Positions 35,105 to 37,230 of a stretch of DNA of 37,230 nt are shown here, one piece after another. The DNA lies in the NCBI GenBank assembly GCA_937989765.1, contig CALKRZ010000173.1:1-37230 (forward strand), given 5' to 3'. The position numbers and the translations under genes are program-made. The DNA is from an uncultured Clostridia bacterium (lineage in GTDB: Bacteria > Bacillota > Clostridia > Lachnospirales > CALKRZ01). The first letter of the stretch is position 1. Every line of letters begins with the position of its first letter. The notes under the pieces are model-generated. The model was not told the origin of the DNA, did not search any database, and was given only the letters and a program-made list of their open reading frames with translations.

Positions 35105-37230
35105 ATGTCGATGAAAAGCAAGGTAGCTGCTATAATACTGCTGCTTGGCTGCTTCATGTGGACAAAAACCGTACTTGCGAATGAACAGTGGAATACAGTC
35201 TTTCAGTGGAAAACGACAGTAGATTCTATTATTGTGGCACAACCCTATGTAGATGAAGAGGAAAACATCTATATATATACAGATCAAAACCAGATCCAGT
35301 CCTTTGACAAGGAAGGAAATCGCAGGTGGAGCTATGGAAGCCCACATCACAAAGTGACAAAGCCGTATTTTTATAAAGAAGGGATGATCGTAGTCACGCA
35401 GCAGGGATCTGTATATGTACTAGACTCACAGGGGCAACAACGACTGTTGATAGACAAACTGCGACCAGAGTCTACATCACCATACATCTTCAAGGATATT
35501 TTTTTGTGGGGTAGGCAAAACTGTGTATATATCCTCTATAGATATGAGGGACAAGCTTACCTAGACTATATCCATCCAGAAATAGGTAGGCTAAGAGATA
35601 CGGTACAGGTAGGAGATATTAAAGTAGGAACTGCGCCCACGATGGACGATCAAGGACATTCCTATATCTTATATAGGAAAGGATCGGATAGTTATAAAAC
35701 CGTATATCTGCAAAAAAGACAAGAGCTGATAGAACTTCCCCTATGGGATATAGCAGTGGTGCAACATATTGGAGGAACAGAAGAAAGTCTAGAAATGACT
35801 GTCGCAGGAGAAAGAGTATATATGTCTCTGACAAAACACGGGGTATATGGCTATCCCACAAACCGTACTCCGGAAGTTCTGCCGCAGCAAGCGATTCCTT
35901 TGTGGCGTCTACAGGGAGATCCAAGTATTGCGGTTACCATACAAAAAGCAGATAGCAGGGGATACCTATATATGATGGATAATCAGTACTGCCCTGATCC
36001 TTCAAGGCCAGGCTCTACTCAGAAGAATGCTATTCGGGTTATCGATATACGTAATCCTCATGAGATGAGAGATATAAAGGATATCAATGCGATCCGTACT
36101 TCAGAAAGAGGTACAGTATTGCACAGCAAATATCGAGGTGGATATGGAACTACAGGATGTGTACAGGTAGATCATCTAGATAGAATTTATTATACTTTTG
36201 TTTCCTCAGACAAAACGCAGCATATCCAGATTGACAGGTTTGAGGAAGATACAAAGTGCATAGAGCAAAAAGCCAGAGTAATATTTCAAGATCCTATGCA
36301 AAATCCTTCCAGACTATACTTTTATGTCACACCCAAGGGAGAAATCATAGGCGCAGATGAAAAAAACGGATTATGGAAAGCCCTATTAACAAAACCGAGC
36401 TCTGTCAATATCCATAAACCCCCCAAACAAAATACTATTTTTTTTACATGGGAAGAAGTGCATAACTTTATTACAGGTCAAAAAGCCCAGAACTATGAAG
36501 TGCAGCGGTATAAAGCGGGACAAGTAGATCAGGTATGGGAAATACAGGACAATGATTTTACGGATATCCCTTTAGAAGAAGGGTTTTATACCTATAGGGT
36601 GACCCCACTGTGGGGTGTAAATAGAGGAGTGGGTGGGGAAGTATCCATCATGTATGTGCCGTATACACCACCTAGTATACATGTAGAAGGGCTGCCGCAG
36701 CAAAGCATGACCAATCAAGACGTGGTACTGCATATACAAAGTACCTATGGTACGTATAGTGCGATCTTAAATGAGGCGCCCTATATTTCTGGTACAGTCA
36801 TTTCCAAAGAAGGGCAGTATCAATTAACCATACAGACCATAGACCAAGAAGGAGATGTATATGGAGAAGCTGTGAAATACAGCTTTGGTATTGATAAAAC
36901 ACCGCCTATACTATCTATAGAGCAGGAATATAAGAAACAAGAGGGAGTACAAGGCCAAGTACATATACACGTATATACCAATGATCCACAAGCAGTGATC
37001 TTTATCAATGAAGGAGTCTATGAGCACCCATATATACTGGAGGGAACAGGTCAGTATATATTGGAGATCATGGCGGTAGATCCTGCTGGAAATCAATGCA
37101 AACAAATCGTAGAAATTACGCTGGAAGCAGAAATCTTGCCAGAAGAACCAGAAGAACCAGAAGAAAAAATACCACCAACACAGCCACAAGAACCAAAAGA
37201 AGAAACGCCACCAATACAACCAGAAGAACC
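35105..37230 (+). CDS. large secreted surface protein (3' end outside window): signal peptide, PQQ-like beta-propeller-type region, Fn3-like and Ig-like modules, Pro/Glu-rich linker
   Basis: Not in the ORF track because there is no stop before the window end. I translated the frame codon by codon from the ATG at 35105 (RBS GGAGGG) to 37230 and found no stop codon (708 codons). The signal peptide is MSMKSKVAAIILLLGCFMWTKTVLA. Motifs present: GSVYVLDSQGQ-type repeats, and AVDPAGN, an Ig-like surface-domain motif. The window ends in PEEPEEPEEKIPPTQPQEPKEETPPIQPEEP. Confidence 0.8.
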   Translation, partial: MSMKSKVAAIILLLGCFMWTKTVLANEQWNTVFQWKTTVDSIIVAQPYVDEEENIYIYTDQNQIQSFDKEGNRRWSYGSPHHKVTKPYFYKEGMIVVTQQGSVYVLDSQGQQRLLIDKLRPESTSPYIFKDIFLWGRQNCVYILYRYEGQAYLDYIHPEIGRLRDTVQVGDIKVGTAPTMDDQGHSYILYRKGSDSYKTVYLQKRQELIELPLWDIAVVQHIGGTEESLEMTVAGERVYMSLTKHGVYGYPTNRTPEVLPQQAIPLWRLQGDPSIAVTIQKADSRGYLYMMDNQYCPDPSRPGSTQKNAIRVIDIRNPHEMRDIKDINAIRTSERGTVLHSKYRGGYGTTGCVQVDHLDRIYYTFVSSDKTQHIQIDRFEEDTKCIEQKARVIFQDPMQNPSRLYFYVTPKGEIIGADEKNGLWKALLTKPSSVNIHKPPKQNTIFFTWEEVHNFITGQKAQNYEVQRYKAGQVDQVWEIQDNDFTDIPLEEGFYTYRVTPLWGVNRGVGGEVSIMYVPYTPPSIHVEGLPQQSMTNQDVVLHIQSTYGTYSAILNEAPYISGTVISKEGQYQLTIQTIDQEGDVYGEAVKYSFGIDKTPPILSIEQEYKKQEGVQGQVHIHVYTNDPQAVIFINEGVYEHPYILEGTGQYILEIMAVDPAGNQCKQIVEITLEAEILPEEPEEPEEKIPPTQPQEPKEETPPIQPEE

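Noticed and set aside
34916-35350. Track ORF 34916..35350 (-), 144 aa.
   Set aside because: It crosses the strong pyrG terminator and is antisense to the signal-peptide region of the untracked + strand gene starting at 35105.

Overview
AT-rich chromosomal segment from an endospore-forming Firmicute (Clostridia-like). Gene order and protein motifs are the basis for this; no taxon can be assigned without a search. Almost all genes are on the + strand. In order they are: a phospho-sugar mutase (5' partial), a GH1 beta-glucosidase (- strand), a GerN/NapA-type cation:proton antiporter, a membrane GGDEF-EAL protein, yabG, a PrcB-like lipoprotein, signal peptidase I, veg, a DUF3794/LysM coat-type protein, ispE, a GntR regulator, a gerA-type germinant receptor operon, spoIIR, a SpeA-like decarboxylase, two tandem sleB paralogs plus ypeB, ddl, murI, a DUF1934 gene, galU, two SLH-domain wall proteins, an S41 C-terminal processing protease, pyrG, and a large secreted surface protein. 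That last protein runs off the 3' end and is absent from the ORF track. No tRNA, rRNA or CRISPR array was seen. Two features are not explained by ordinary annotation. (1) A family of ~150-165 nt intergenic long-hairpin (MITE-like or structured-RNA) repeats, with 4 full copies and 1 terminal fragment. Each sits just downstream of a + strand gene. The hairpin arms carry three compensatory substitutions between copies and a conserved GGA/GGA internal loop. Two oppositely oriented copies bracket the sleB2-ypeB unit. (2) A stand-alone 190-nt element closed by a perfect 14-bp helix, with several internal hairpins, lying between the divergent bglA and antiporter promoters. The rest looks like ordinary housekeeping and sporulation/germination content. 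Promoter, terminator and start-codon calls were made by eye from consensus matching and should be treated as predictions.
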